Source of the DNA: an uncultured Clostridia bacterium
GTDB lineage: Bacteria > Bacillota > Clostridia > DSM-8532
Reading direction: 5' to 3'
Assembly: GCA_942493335.1 (NCBI GenBank)
Contig: OW818693.1
Coordinates: 3,936,166-3,968,165 of the forward strand
DNA length: 32,000 bases
Part shown: positions 23,439 to 32,000 of the stretch, in pieces
How positions within the stretch are numbered: the first letter of the stretch is position 1
How the letters are laid out: every line of letters starts with the position of its first letter
Translations under genes and position numbers: made by a program
The notes under the pieces: generated by a model
What the model saw: the letters and a program-made list of their open reading frames with translations, nothing else
Database searches by the model: none
Told to the model about the DNA's origin: nothing

Positions 23439-25073
23439 ATGGCGATTACGGATTTTCTCGAAAAAAATGCAAAGCTCTATCCAACCGAGGTCAGCCTCGT
23501 TGAAATCAATCCCGCCAACCAGCCGGATCATGCGGTCACCTGGCGGGAGTACAACCTGATCGAAAGCAGTTCGACGGAGAAGTACCGCCGGGAAATGACC
23601 TGGAAGGAATTCGACATCAAGGCGAACCGTTTTGCCAATCTCCTGCTTACACGGGGCATCCAGAAGGGCGACAAGGTGGCCGTCCTGCTGATGAACTGTC
23701 TGGAGTGGCTGCCCATCTATTTCGGCATTCTGAAAACGGGTGCGCTTGCCGTGCCGATGAATTATCGGTATACGGCGGATGAAATCCGCTATTGCATGGA
23801 ACTTTCGGAAGCTAACACGCTGATTTTCGGGCCAGAGTTCATCGGCCGCGTGGAACAGGTGTTTGATCATCTGCATCATGTAAAGACGGTCTTTTTTGTC
23901 GGGGATTGCAAGCCCAGTTTCGCCGACAGTTATGATCTGTTGGTTTCCTATTGTTCCTCCACGGCCCCTGCGGTCGAGTTGCTTGAAAATGACGATGCCG
24001 CCATCTATTTTTCTTCCGGCACGACAGGCTTTCCCAAGGCAATCCTGCATTCCCACGCAGCGCTGGTTTCCGCCTGCCTGACCGAGCAGAACCATCATGC
24101 GCAGACGCGTGAGGACGTCTTCCTCTGCATTCCTCCGTTGTATCATACCGGTGCGAAAATGCACTGGTTCGGCAGCCTCTTGTCCGGCAGCAAGGCCGTC
24201 ATTCTGCGGGGCGTCAGACCGGACTGGATTCTTCAGGCGGTCTCAGAGGAAAAGGCGACGCTGGTCTGGTTGCTTGTGCCCTGGGTCCAGGATATTCTTG
24301 ACGCCATCGAACGAGGGGATTTGAAGCTGGAGATGTATCGACTCGACCAATGGCGGCTCATGCACATCGGCGCCCAGCCGGTTCCGCCCAGCCTCATCCA
24401 TCGGTGGATGCAGGTATTCCCAAGCCATCAGTACGATACGAATTATGGTCTCAGCGAGTCCATCGGACCCGGCTGCGTCCACCTGGGCGTGGAGAATCTC
24501 CACAAGGTCGGCGCCATTGGGAAAGCCGGGTATCTTTGGGAGACCTCCATCGTGGATGAAGAGGGACGGCCGGTCGCTGTCGGAGAAGCCGGCGAGTTGA
24601 TTGTCAAGGGACCCGGCGTCATGAAGTGCTACTACAACAACCCGAAGGCAACCTCGGAAATTCTCAGGGACGGCTGGCTCTTCACCGGTGATGTCGCGCG
24701 TACGGATGAAGACGGATTCATCTATCTGGTGGACCGGAAGAAGGATGTCATCATCTCCGGCGGCGAAAATCTGTATCCCGTGCAGATCGAGGATTTTTTG
24801 CGCGCGCACCGGGCGATCAAGGATGTGGCCGTGATCGGCCTGCCGGATGAACGTCTCGGGGAAATTGCCGCAGCCATCATCGAATTGAAGGAGGATGCGC
24901 GCTGCAGCGAAGAGGAAATTCTTGAATTCTGTGTGGATCTGCCGCGCTACAAACGGCCGCGTAAGATCATACTGGCACCGGTTCCGAGAAATCCGACCGG
25001 GAAAATCGAAAAGCCGCGTCTTCGTGAAATCTACTGCGGACGCAGGCTGGTGGAGGCGCAGACAACAAACTGA
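23439..25073 (+). CDS. Class I adenylate-forming enzyme (acyl-CoA synthetase / AMP-binding protein)
   Basis: The preferred start is ATG 23439 (MAITDFLEKNAKLYP). AMP-binding motifs are YFSSGTTGFPKAI, NYGLSES, TGDVARTDEDGFIYLVDRKKDVIISGGENLYP and the terminal PRNPTGKIEK. Confidence 0.9.
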   Translation: MAITDFLEKNAKLYPTEVSLVEINPANQPDHAVTWREYNLIESSSTEKYRREMTWKEFDIKANRFANLLLTRGIQKGDKVAVLLMNCLEWLPIYFGILKTGALAVPMNYRYTADEIRYCMELSEANTLIFGPEFIGRVEQVFDHLHHVKTVFFVGDCKPSFADSYDLLVSYCSSTAPAVELLENDDAAIYFSSGTTGFPKAILHSHAALVSACLTEQNHHAQTREDVFLCIPPLYHTGAKMHWFGSLLSGSKAVILRGVRPDWILQAVSEEKATLVWLLVPWVQDILDAIERGDLKLEMYRLDQWRLMHIGAQPVPPSLIHRWMQVFPSHQYDTNYGLSESIGPGCVHLGVENLHKVGAIGKAGYLWETSIVDEEGRPVAVGEAGELIVKGPGVMKCYYNNPKATSEILRDGWLFTGDVARTDEDGFIYLVDRKKDVIISGGENLYPVQIEDFLRAHRAIKDVAVIGLPDERLGEIAAAIIELKEDARCSEEEILEFCVDLPRYKRPRKIILAPVPRNPTGKIEKPRLREIYCGRRLVEAQTTN

Positions 25074-25310
25074 GCACAAGCCTTGCTTTGGATGTATAAT
25101 ATACATAGGGGCGTCCTTGCACAAAAAGGATTGCTTCCGGTTTGATATCGCAATCTGGCCCGATCGTGGTCATGATCGTGATTCCCTTTGTGAGGACGAG
25201 TGGTTCCAAAGCATGCGGGAAACGAAATGACGGTGGGACCCTTGGAGATATCGGAAAGCGTTTGAGAGGGTGAGTAAGTAGTGGCAGGCCGCAAGGAAAT
25301 CTACGGGAAC

Positions 25311-26984
25311 ATGCAGACCATTGAGGACATTGGCCAATATACCCTTCCATGCATACTACGAAATTCATTCGAAAAGTTTCCAGGTAGGCCTGCCTTGTCT
25401 TTCGTAGGGAAGACGCCCATCACCTATTCGGAATTGCAGAACGAAGTCAGAAAGTACACAGCCCTGTTGCTTGAAGCAGGCGTCACCCGGGGAGACAAGG
25501 TCGCCATTCTGGCGCCAAGCATGCCCAAGTGGGGTGTCGCCTATTTTGCCATTGTCTGCCTGGGGGCCATTGCCGTCCCGCTGCTGCCTGATTTCAGCAA
25601 GGCGGAAGTGGAAGGAATCCTCAGCCATTCCGACGCCTGTTTCGTATTCGTCTCGAAAAACAATCTGGACAAAGTCTCGGATTGCAGCGATGCCGTGAAG
25701 AGCACGTATTGCATGGAGACCGACACCTTCATCCGAAGCAGCGCCTCTGGAAAGAAAGTGGATGCCGAGGCGATTGATCTGTTCGCGATCGCCATTGGGG
25801 AACAGGATACGGCTTCCATCATCTATACCTCCGGTACGACGGGGACGCCGAAAGGCGTGGAACTGTCCCATAAGAACATCGCCTTCATGGCACACCAGGT
25901 GCGTCTGATTCAGGACATTCATCCAGATGATGTTTTTCTGTCGATTCTCCCGATGTCCCATGTCTATGAATTCTCCATCGGCTTCATCTTCCCTGTCATG
26001 CAGGGAAGCCATATCGTTTATCTGGGCAGAAGCGTTGCGGTTTCGTCCCTGCTTCCCGCGCTGAAAACGGTTCGACCGACCATCATGCTCAGCGTGCCGG
26101 CGGTCATGGAGAAAATCTACAAAAACAAGATCGTTCCGACCTTTGAGAAGAATCAGCTGATTGCCACACTGTACAAGTTGGCCCCCATCCGGAAGCTGCT
26201 TCACCGGATCGCGGGACGGCAGCTCATGGAGACGTTCGGCGGAAGAATCCGCTTCTTCGGTCTGGGCGGTGCAAAAACCCAGCCGGAAGTGGAACGTTTT
26301 CTCAAGGAAGCTCATTTCCCCTATGCGATCGGCTATGGGTTGACGGAAACCTCCCCGCTGATTGCAGGTGCCAATCCGCGTGCTTCCCGTCCGGGAACGA
26401 CCGGACCCAAAATGGAAGGCGTCGAGATGAAACTCATTGATGTCGATCCCGTATCGGGCATTGGCGAAGTCGTGACAAAGGGTCCGCACGTCATGAAGGG
26501 CTATTACAAGAACGAGGAACTCACCCGGTCGGTCTTCACGGAGGACGGGTTCTTCAAGACGGGGGACTGCGCTTCCCTTGATGCGAAAGGATTTCTCGCC
26601 ATCAAGGGCCGCAACAAGAATGTCATCATCGGCGCTTCGGGTGAGAATATTTATCCCGAGGACATTGAGTTTGTTTTGAACAAACACCCGCTCGTGCTGG
26701 AATCCCTTGTCGTGGAACGGGACAATCGACTGGTTGCACTCGTCAAGCTCAATGAAGAGTCGATTTCAGGCGACCAACCGATTCCGGAGAGTACGGAGGG
26801 GGACCCGACCGGGCCGTATGCCAAGATTCTTGCGGACATCCGTTCCTATGTCAATTCACAGGTGAACAAATTCTCCCAGTTGAAAGCGATCGAACAGATT
26901 TCCGATCTGGAAAAGACCGCATCGCAGAAGATCAAGCGGTTCCTTTACAGCAAGGGCACACAAGGGAAGATTGCCAAGAATTGA
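25311..26984 (+). CDS. Long-chain-fatty-acid--CoA ligase-like adenylate-forming enzyme
   Basis: IIYTSGTTGTPKGV, GYGLTETSP and TGDCASLDAKGFLAIKGRNKNVIIGASGENIYP. The start is either ATG 25311 (MQTIEDIG) or GTG 25281 as in the track. A TATAAT box lies at 25095-25100 upstream. Confidence 0.88.
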   Translation: MQTIEDIGQYTLPCILRNSFEKFPGRPALSFVGKTPITYSELQNEVRKYTALLLEAGVTRGDKVAILAPSMPKWGVAYFAIVCLGAIAVPLLPDFSKAEVEGILSHSDACFVFVSKNNLDKVSDCSDAVKSTYCMETDTFIRSSASGKKVDAEAIDLFAIAIGEQDTASIIYTSGTTGTPKGVELSHKNIAFMAHQVRLIQDIHPDDVFLSILPMSHVYEFSIGFIFPVMQGSHIVYLGRSVAVSSLLPALKTVRPTIMLSVPAVMEKIYKNKIVPTFEKNQLIATLYKLAPIRKLLHRIAGRQLMETFGGRIRFFGLGGAKTQPEVERFLKEAHFPYAIGYGLTETSPLIAGANPRASRPGTTGPKMEGVEMKLIDVDPVSGIGEVVTKGPHVMKGYYKNEELTRSVFTEDGFFKTGDCASLDAKGFLAIKGRNKNVIIGASGENIYPEDIEFVLNKHPLVLESLVVERDNRLVALVKLNEESISGDQPIPESTEGDPTGPYAKILADIRSYVNSQVNKFSQLKAIEQISDLEKTASQKIKRFLYSKGTQGKIAKN

Positions 26985-27107
26985 GTGGAACCTTGATGCA
27001 TCGAGCGGAAATGCAGATCCGCAACAGGACGCTGCAGATTATCCATATAACCTCCGGCTGGCGTTGTCTATACTATAGCCACACAGACTTGCCGCAGGAG
27101 GAATAGC

Positions 27108-28028
27108 ATGAAGAGAATCACCTCGACGTTAAGCGCATTATGCCTGATAGTGATCGTTGTTTCAGGTTGCACCCGGATGCCATCGAAGGTGGGTTCGGCG
27201 GATTCTTCCATGAAAGAAGCGGTTGCGGGAGACTCCGCCGGTTCAGCCACGGTTGTCGCGACAGACGCGGGATCCGTGGAGACGCCTGCAGCAACACCGG
27301 CAGCTACGCCGGAGCCGAAGCCGGAACCGACACCCACAGTACCTCCGATAGCGGACTATAATGCAAATGACACCGGTAAAACAGTCATAAGGGCTATTTC
27401 GGAGAACTCGTCCTATCCCAATAACAGTTACGTGATCGTGACCCAAAAGGGAACTGTTGTCGCTTTGGATCCGTCGTACGCTGTAGAAGGGCTGGAACCG
27501 GATCTGATCCTGAGCACGCATTCCCACCCGGATCATGTGGATCGGGCCCTGATGAAGAAGGACTGTACAATCCTGGAACGAAAAGTGGATAGCGGCACCG
27601 TGGACGACGTAAAATTCACGGGCATCGCATCCACGCATAGCGGGGACACCATTCATGAAGCGTCTCCGAGCAATGTGCTGTATCTTCTGGAAGTGGATGG
27701 ATTGCGGATTGTCCACATGGGAGACATCGGCCAGACCAAACTGACGGACGCGCAGCTCAAAGCCTTGGGCAAGGTGGACATTGCCTTCATGCAGTTCGTC
27801 AATTCCTATTCGTTGTATGCGGTAGATGGGGCCACGGGGATCTCCGTCATCGAACAGTTGAAACCTTCCGTCATCATACCGACCCATTCCATACCGAAGG
27901 TGAACACGGCGATTGGTGAAGCGGTTGGCACCTTGGAGAATGTTACAGATGAATGGGTCATCAGTGCGGATGATTTGAAGGGTGCAGCCCGGAAGGTGAT
28001 TGTCATCGGAAATTCACTCGTGAAATGA
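27108..28028 (+). CDS. Lipoprotein with an MBL-fold metallo-hydrolase domain
   Basis: Lipobox VVSGC after MKRITSTLSALCLIVI, then a Pro/Thr/Ala-rich linker (TPAATPAATPEPKPEPTPTVPP), then the MBL motif STHSHPDHVD. Confidence 0.85.
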   Translation: MKRITSTLSALCLIVIVVSGCTRMPSKVGSADSSMKEAVAGDSAGSATVVATDAGSVETPAATPAATPEPKPEPTPTVPPIADYNANDTGKTVIRAISENSSYPNNSYVIVTQKGTVVALDPSYAVEGLEPDLILSTHSHPDHVDRALMKKDCTILERKVDSGTVDDVKFTGIASTHSGDTIHEASPSNVLYLLEVDGLRIVHMGDIGQTKLTDAQLKALGKVDIAFMQFVNSYSLYAVDGATGISVIEQLKPSVIIPTHSIPKVNTAIGEAVGTLENVTDEWVISADDLKGAARKVIVIGNSLVK

Positions 28029-28081
28029 CGAACCGCTCAGGATGACGCTGGCATATTTCGAAGCTGTACCCTATAATGCTG

Positions 28082-28114
28082 ATATGGGTTTGCGCAAGCA
28101 AATCCATATTTTTT
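28082..28114 (+). terminator. Rho-independent terminator after the MBL lipoprotein gene
   Basis: ATATGGGTTTGC-gcaa-GCAAATCCATAT (one mismatch) followed by TTTTT. Confidence 0.6.
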
Positions 28115-28134
28115 GCATGCAGGCGGTATGAAGT

Positions 28135-29061
28135 ATGGATTTCGTGACGCGAGGACAGGAATACCACGCACATTACGCATTGAAGCTCCAAGTGGTGATG
28201 GAGAAGTCATTGCCTGTGGAAAGTGGATTTCAGGAGCGTTACCGTCTTTATTTCCTTCTGGAGGGTTCCGGAACCCTGACCTTGGCCGGAAGGAGACGGA
28301 TCATCACAGCGCCTGTTGTGCTATGCCTGAATGAGGTGGATGAATGCACATTTGAACCGGATCACGCGAATAGGGTCTGGCATTGCATTTTCTTCCATCC
28401 GGATGTTGTGAATAAGGAATTTACGCTCTCCAATATCCGTGTGAACCCCGAATCTCTTTATCACAAGGGATTTGACGACATATACTGGTTAAGGCCCTTT
28501 ACGCTTCGTGATACTGCCGACGCAGGCATTCTCGAGATAGGTCCGTCTTCCTGCGTGCGGGTGCAGGCACTTCTCGGGCAGATGGATCGTGAACTGGAAA
28601 CGCAGCGGGATGGTGACTGGCCCTGCAGAAGTCGTTCTTTTCTTTTCGAACTGCTGTTTCTTTTGCAGCATCTCGATTCTTTTCGGGAAGATGGGGCGGT
28701 CGGCGAGATGGCGCCTTCTGATGCGGAGAAACCCGATATCCGTGAAATCCTTTTATGCCTGCATGCCAACATGGCGGAGCGTCACAGCCTTGAAAGCCTG
28801 ACGAAACAATACGGAACCAACAGAACCACACTCGGGAAGCGATTCCAGAACACGGTTGGCATGCCGGTCATGGCCTACCTGCTCCGGATCCGGACGGATA
28901 TGGCGAAGCATCTCCTGCAGGAAACCCTGCTACCCGTTTCGGAAATTCACGAAAGAGTCGGCTTTCCGGAACGGACGCATTTTGCACGAACCTTCAAACA
29001 ACAGACCGGATATGCACCGGTCGAATACCGAAAACAGTTCAACTGGATGCTGAAACGTTGA
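28135..29061 (+). CDS. AraC family transcriptional regulator
   Basis: The C-terminal double HTH reads HSLESLTKQYGTNRTTLGKRFQNTVGMPVMAYLLRIRTDMAKHLLQETLLPVSEIHERVGFPERTHFARTFKQQTGYAPVEYRKQ. The N-terminal region is cupin-like. Confidence 0.9.
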   Translation: MDFVTRGQEYHAHYALKLQVVMEKSLPVESGFQERYRLYFLLEGSGTLTLAGRRRIITAPVVLCLNEVDECTFEPDHANRVWHCIFFHPDVVNKEFTLSNIRVNPESLYHKGFDDIYWLRPFTLRDTADAGILEIGPSSCVRVQALLGQMDRELETQRDGDWPCRSRSFLFELLFLLQHLDSFREDGAVGEMAPSDAEKPDIREILLCLHANMAERHSLESLTKQYGTNRTTLGKRFQNTVGMPVMAYLLRIRTDMAKHLLQETLLPVSEIHERVGFPERTHFARTFKQQTGYAPVEYRKQFNWMLKR

Positions 29062-29185
29062 AACTTTGTGGGACTTGCCGGTTGTCATGAGCAAGGGTTG
29101 AAATGGTATAATGCCCTTTGTATTCTGTTCCGGAAATCCCGCCGAAATGGGGCCGCCAAATGGCGGAGATGATCAGGAGAGAAAG

Positions 29186-30022
29186 ATGGATGTAAAAAGG
29201 ATCTTCGATTGGGTGTTTCGTTTCGTCAAGGGCATGTTCATCGGTTCCGGCGCCATTCTTCCGGGTGTCAGCGGAGGTGCGCTGGCTGCCGTGTTCGGGA
29301 TTTATGAAAGGATCATCGCCTTCCTGTCCAATCTGCGCAAGGACTTTTTCAAGAACGTTCTCTTTTTCATTCCGGTCGGTCTGGGCGGTGTTTTCGGTAT
29401 CTTCGTGCTTGCCTATCCGCTGGATTATTTTCTGAAAACGGCTGAATTTCAAGTGCTGTGGTGTTTCATCGGCTGCATTCTCGGAACACTGCCCGCGCTC
29501 TACAAGGAGGCCGGCAAGGAGGGGCGGAAGCCGCGTCATCTCATGATGACTGCCGTCACTGCGGTTCTAGCCTTTATTGGCCTCTGGGCCGCACGTGAAT
29601 TCCTGGTTGTGGCCATGCCGTTGAATCCGGCGACCTGGGTCATGGCGGGAGCCATCTTCGCACTGGGCATGATCGTTCCGGGACTGAGCCCGTCGAATTT
29701 CCTGATGTATTTCGGGATGTATGAACCGATGACGGCCGGCATCAAGAACCTGGACCTCAGCATCATCATTCCGGTAGGTCTTGGCGGAGTTCTATGCGTT
29801 CTTGCATTTGCCAAACTGATGAGTCTTGTCCTGAAAAAGGCGTATGCCGGTGTTTTCCATTTCATTCTCGGGATCGTCATTGCTTCTACAGCCATCATTG
29901 CGCCCATGGATTATTCCGACATCGGTCCGGTTGTCATTCTGCAAAGCATCGGTGTGTTTCTGGCAGGCCTGGCAGTAGGATATTTCATGGGAAAACTTGA
30001 CGACAAATATAGAGCGGATTGA
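29186..30022 (+). CDS. DUF368 family membrane protein (family recently linked to polyprenyl-phosphate recycling)
   Basis: The preferred start is ATG 29186 (MDVKRIFDWVFRFVKGMFIGSGAILPGVSGGALAAVFGIYERI) after AGGAGA. The GxxxxxPGVSGG motif is repeated in the second half (IVPGLSPSNF). Confidence 0.85.
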   Translation: MDVKRIFDWVFRFVKGMFIGSGAILPGVSGGALAAVFGIYERIIAFLSNLRKDFFKNVLFFIPVGLGGVFGIFVLAYPLDYFLKTAEFQVLWCFIGCILGTLPALYKEAGKEGRKPRHLMMTAVTAVLAFIGLWAAREFLVVAMPLNPATWVMAGAIFALGMIVPGLSPSNFLMYFGMYEPMTAGIKNLDLSIIIPVGLGGVLCVLAFAKLMSLVLKKAYAGVFHFILGIVIASTAIIAPMDYSDIGPVVILQSIGVFLAGLAVGYFMGKLDDKYRAD

Positions 30023-30060
30023 TGGAGCCATGCAGGCTCCGTCATTTTGAGGAGGATACC

Positions 30061-31494
30061 ATGCGGAGAAAAATACTGATGCCGATCCTTGTTCTTGTTC
30101 TGATGTTTTCAGGGCTGCAGCCATCCTTTGCCTCGGACGCCGGGAATCCCGTGATCCGGCTGAATGGTGTGCAGCTGGGCGTGAAAGCGGTCGTGCGTGG
30201 CGAAGAACTGTATCTGCCTGTTCGCGCCATCTGTGAAGCCCTGGATTATCAGGTTGCATGGTCTCAAGCGGAAAAGACCGTCGGAATTCGGTCCGAGGAG
30301 AAGGAAATCACGCTATACACAAAGGACGCGATGGTTCAAACGAACGGTCACCGTTACAATTTGATGAATGTCCACGAATCAGTCAATGGCAGGACATATC
30401 TGAGTGAGGTGTTCTTTTCCGACGATCTTGCCTTGAAATGCCAATGGGACAAGGCAAATCGCATTGTAGCGCTTTCAAGCGTGAAGGAAAACGCCATCTC
30501 CGTGAAAGCCGCAAGGATCGATTCGGAAACGAAAGCCCTCAAGACAACCGTCCAGTACCCTGTGATCGGGGGTCTGGGAGAGGCATCCGTCCAGAATAGC
30601 CTGAACGCCTTGTTCAAGGACCTGGCCACACAGGCGGTGAAGACAGGGGAAGAGAGTGCGGCGGAACTTGCGCCCTATCTGCGCAAGAACCCGGACATGC
30701 CGGGACAATGCGAGACCTGTTTCGATTATCGGATTCGATACAACCAGAACGGCTATCTCAGCGTGGTGTTTTCGGATTACCAGTATGCCGGCGGAGCGCA
30801 TGGCTCCACCTGGCAGACTGCGTTTACAGTTCTGCTGGAGACAGGAAAGCCATTGCGGCTGAGCGAGCTGTTCAATGCCGATGCGGCGTACCGGGGCATC
30901 TTCGACAAATCCGTCCGGCAGCAACTGGATCAAAGGGAACTGACGCAGGCACTCGCCGCCCCCTTTGCCGGGATCGCCGAAAACCAGGCGTTTTTCCTAG
31001 CGGACACCGGTGTGGCGGTGTTTTACCAGCAAAGCGAAATCCTGCCGTACGTCGCAGGGATTCAGGAATTCACGGTGCCTTTCCCGCTTTTTGCCGGCAT
31101 GCTGAGGGATCAGGGATTGCAGAAGGAAAACATGGACGGCGAAAAGATGGCAAATGTCATGCTGAATGCACTGGATGACCGGACCGTTTTGAACAAGTCG
31201 GTCGAATGGCCTGTCATGAACGTCGGGGAGTCTTTCGACATCCGTCTGAAAGGAAACAGCACGACGGGTTACTCATGGAATGTCATTTCGGAGGAGAACG
31301 CGGCAGTCCGCCTGGTTTCTGAAGAAAGTCTGCCCGATTCTGAAATGATCGGTTCGGGAAGTACCTTCACATGGAACTTCAAGGCCATGAAGGCCGGGAA
31401 GGCGACGATTACGTTCAAATACTACAGACCCTGGGACGGGGAAGCCTCAACGCTGCCTGAGGACGTCATCACCTTCAACATGACAGTCAGGTAG
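30061..31494 (+). CDS. Secreted multidomain protein: copper-amine-oxidase-N-like stalk domain, DUF4163/DUF3298 (RsiV/PdaC-type) module and C-terminal chagasin/I42 cysteine-protease-inhibitor domain
   Basis: Start at ATG 30061 after GAGGAGG, with signal peptide MRRKILMPILVLVLMFSGLQPSFA|S. The stalk domain reads IRLNGVQLGVKAVVRGEELYLPVRAICEALDYQVAW. The DUF3298 hallmark is YQYAGGAHGS. The I42 motifs are GNSTTGYSW (NPTTG-like), GSGSTFTWNF and YYRPWDGE (RPW). Confidence 0.8.
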   Translation: MRRKILMPILVLVLMFSGLQPSFASDAGNPVIRLNGVQLGVKAVVRGEELYLPVRAICEALDYQVAWSQAEKTVGIRSEEKEITLYTKDAMVQTNGHRYNLMNVHESVNGRTYLSEVFFSDDLALKCQWDKANRIVALSSVKENAISVKAARIDSETKALKTTVQYPVIGGLGEASVQNSLNALFKDLATQAVKTGEESAAELAPYLRKNPDMPGQCETCFDYRIRYNQNGYLSVVFSDYQYAGGAHGSTWQTAFTVLLETGKPLRLSELFNADAAYRGIFDKSVRQQLDQRELTQALAAPFAGIAENQAFFLADTGVAVFYQQSEILPYVAGIQEFTVPFPLFAGMLRDQGLQKENMDGEKMANVMLNALDDRTVLNKSVEWPVMNVGESFDIRLKGNSTTGYSWNVISEENAAVRLVSEESLPDSEMIGSGSTFTWNFKAMKAGKATITFKYYRPWDGEASTLPEDVITFNMTVR

Positions 31495-31560
31495 ACCTTT
31501 GTTTTGACAATTTCCGCTTTTTTCTCACATGAACCCGACGAAAAGTGTTAAAATGAACGT

Positions 31561-31612
31561 AGCGTGTAGTTCTGACGAACGTAAGTCCGGCTGTCAGAGT
31601 TACACGCTTTTC
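31561..31612 (+). terminator. Rho-independent terminator downstream of the multidomain secreted protein gene
   Basis: AGCGTGTAgtTCTGAC ... GTCAGAgtTACACGCT forms 8+6 bp with a 2-nt internal mismatch and a 16-nt loop, followed by TTTTCATT. Confidence 0.6.
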
Positions 31613-31764
31613 ATTCATCGAAATCCAAAGATTGGGAACTTGAAAAACAAGGGGAAAGGCAGACTGCGCAGATTCCTTGAATCGGGACAAGCTGTGTTGC
31701 GCGAAACCCTCGGACCGGCACCCGTCGGTGGATGGAAATCCACATCCCCTCGGAGGTAAATGGC

Positions 31765-32000
31765 ATGTACAAGACCGGAGATGTGATTCTTTACGGGAGT
31801 ACCGGCGTATGCAGGGTTACGGACATCGTGACGCACGCCTTGCCCGGAGAAGACAAGAAACAGCTCCATTACGTTCTGAAGCCCTTGTATCAGGATTGCA
31901 CCATCACCACGCCTGTCGATGCCATGAAGGTGTTCATGCGGCCGATTCTGACAAAGGACGAAGCGGAGCGTCTTGTTGAAAGGATTCCAACATTCAAGGC
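31765..32000 (+). CDS. CarD family transcriptional regulator (CarD_CdnL_TRCF domain); 3' end beyond the window
   Basis: Not in the track because it is open at the window edge. Hand translation from ATG 31765 (GGAGG 8 nt upstream) gives MYKTGDVILYGSTGVCRVTDIVTHALPGEDKKQLHYVLKPLYQDCTITTPVDAMKVFMRPILTKDEAERLVERIPTFK. This matches the usual CarD N-terminal pattern (GD.V.Y...G.....I...........YYVL). Confidence 0.75.
   Translation, partial: MYKTGDVILYGSTGVCRVTDIVTHALPGEDKKQLHYVLKPLYQDCTITTPVDAMKVFMRPILTKDEAERLVERIPTFK

Noticed and set aside
21801-24164. 787-aa minus-strand ORF spanning the CNNM gene, an intergenic region and part of the acyl-CoA ligase gene
   Set aside because: The composition is not protein-like and it has no recognisable motifs. 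It lies antisense to two genes with strong family signatures. Continuity across the intergenic gap looks like chance.
27068-27337. 89-aa minus-strand ORF rich in Gly/Val/Ala (MGVGSGFGSGVAAGVAAGV...)
   Set aside because: It is the antisense reading of the Pro/Thr/Ala-rich linker of the MBL lipoprotein gene, so it is an artefact of low-complexity sequence.
31529-31759. 76-aa ORF between the secreted protein gene and carD
   Set aside because: It spans a terminator hairpin (31561-31612), lacks an RBS and is highly basic and low-complexity. The region is more likely a terminator plus the carD promoter and leader.

Overview
The window is a moderately GC-rich, Firmicutes/Clostridia-like chromosomal segment with GGAGG-type RBSs and about 27 protein-coding genes. 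I found no rRNA, tRNA, CRISPR array, transposase or integrase. Most genes are housekeeping or accessory metabolism and envelope functions. These include M42, M14 and M24B peptidases, a YtrA-type GntR/ABC operon, ThpR, RNase D and an MFS transporter. There are also two xylose-isomerase-like TIM-barrel enzymes, a flavoprotein, an AGE-family epimerase, TauE, an FTCD_C-like protein, DUF2974 and a DUF362/4Fe-4S protein. The right-hand part carries a CNNM/CorC protein, two adenylate-forming acyl-CoA ligases, an MBL lipoprotein, AraC, DUF368 and a partial CarD.

The most interesting locus is a compact, non-canonical agr-like quorum-sensing cassette at 1181-3304. It starts with a 44-codon AgrD-like ORF that the ORF track does not list, followed by an AgrC-like kinase translationally coupled to AgrB. 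The gene order is D-C-B, and no response regulator occurs anywhere in the 32 kb. The predicted peptide core (TWLFT) has Thr where the ring-forming Cys/Ser normally sits.

Secondary observations:
- A secreted fusion protein combines a copper-amine-oxidase-N-like domain, a DUF4163/DUF3298 (RsiV-like) module and a chagasin/I42 inhibitor domain.
- Tandem repeats fossilise the 3' ends of two genes.
- A 537-bp divergent intergenic region has a long leader ahead of the CNNM gene.
- A textbook promoter and operator sit ahead of the YtrA operon.

Many long antisense ORFs in the track are GC-driven shadows and were rejected.
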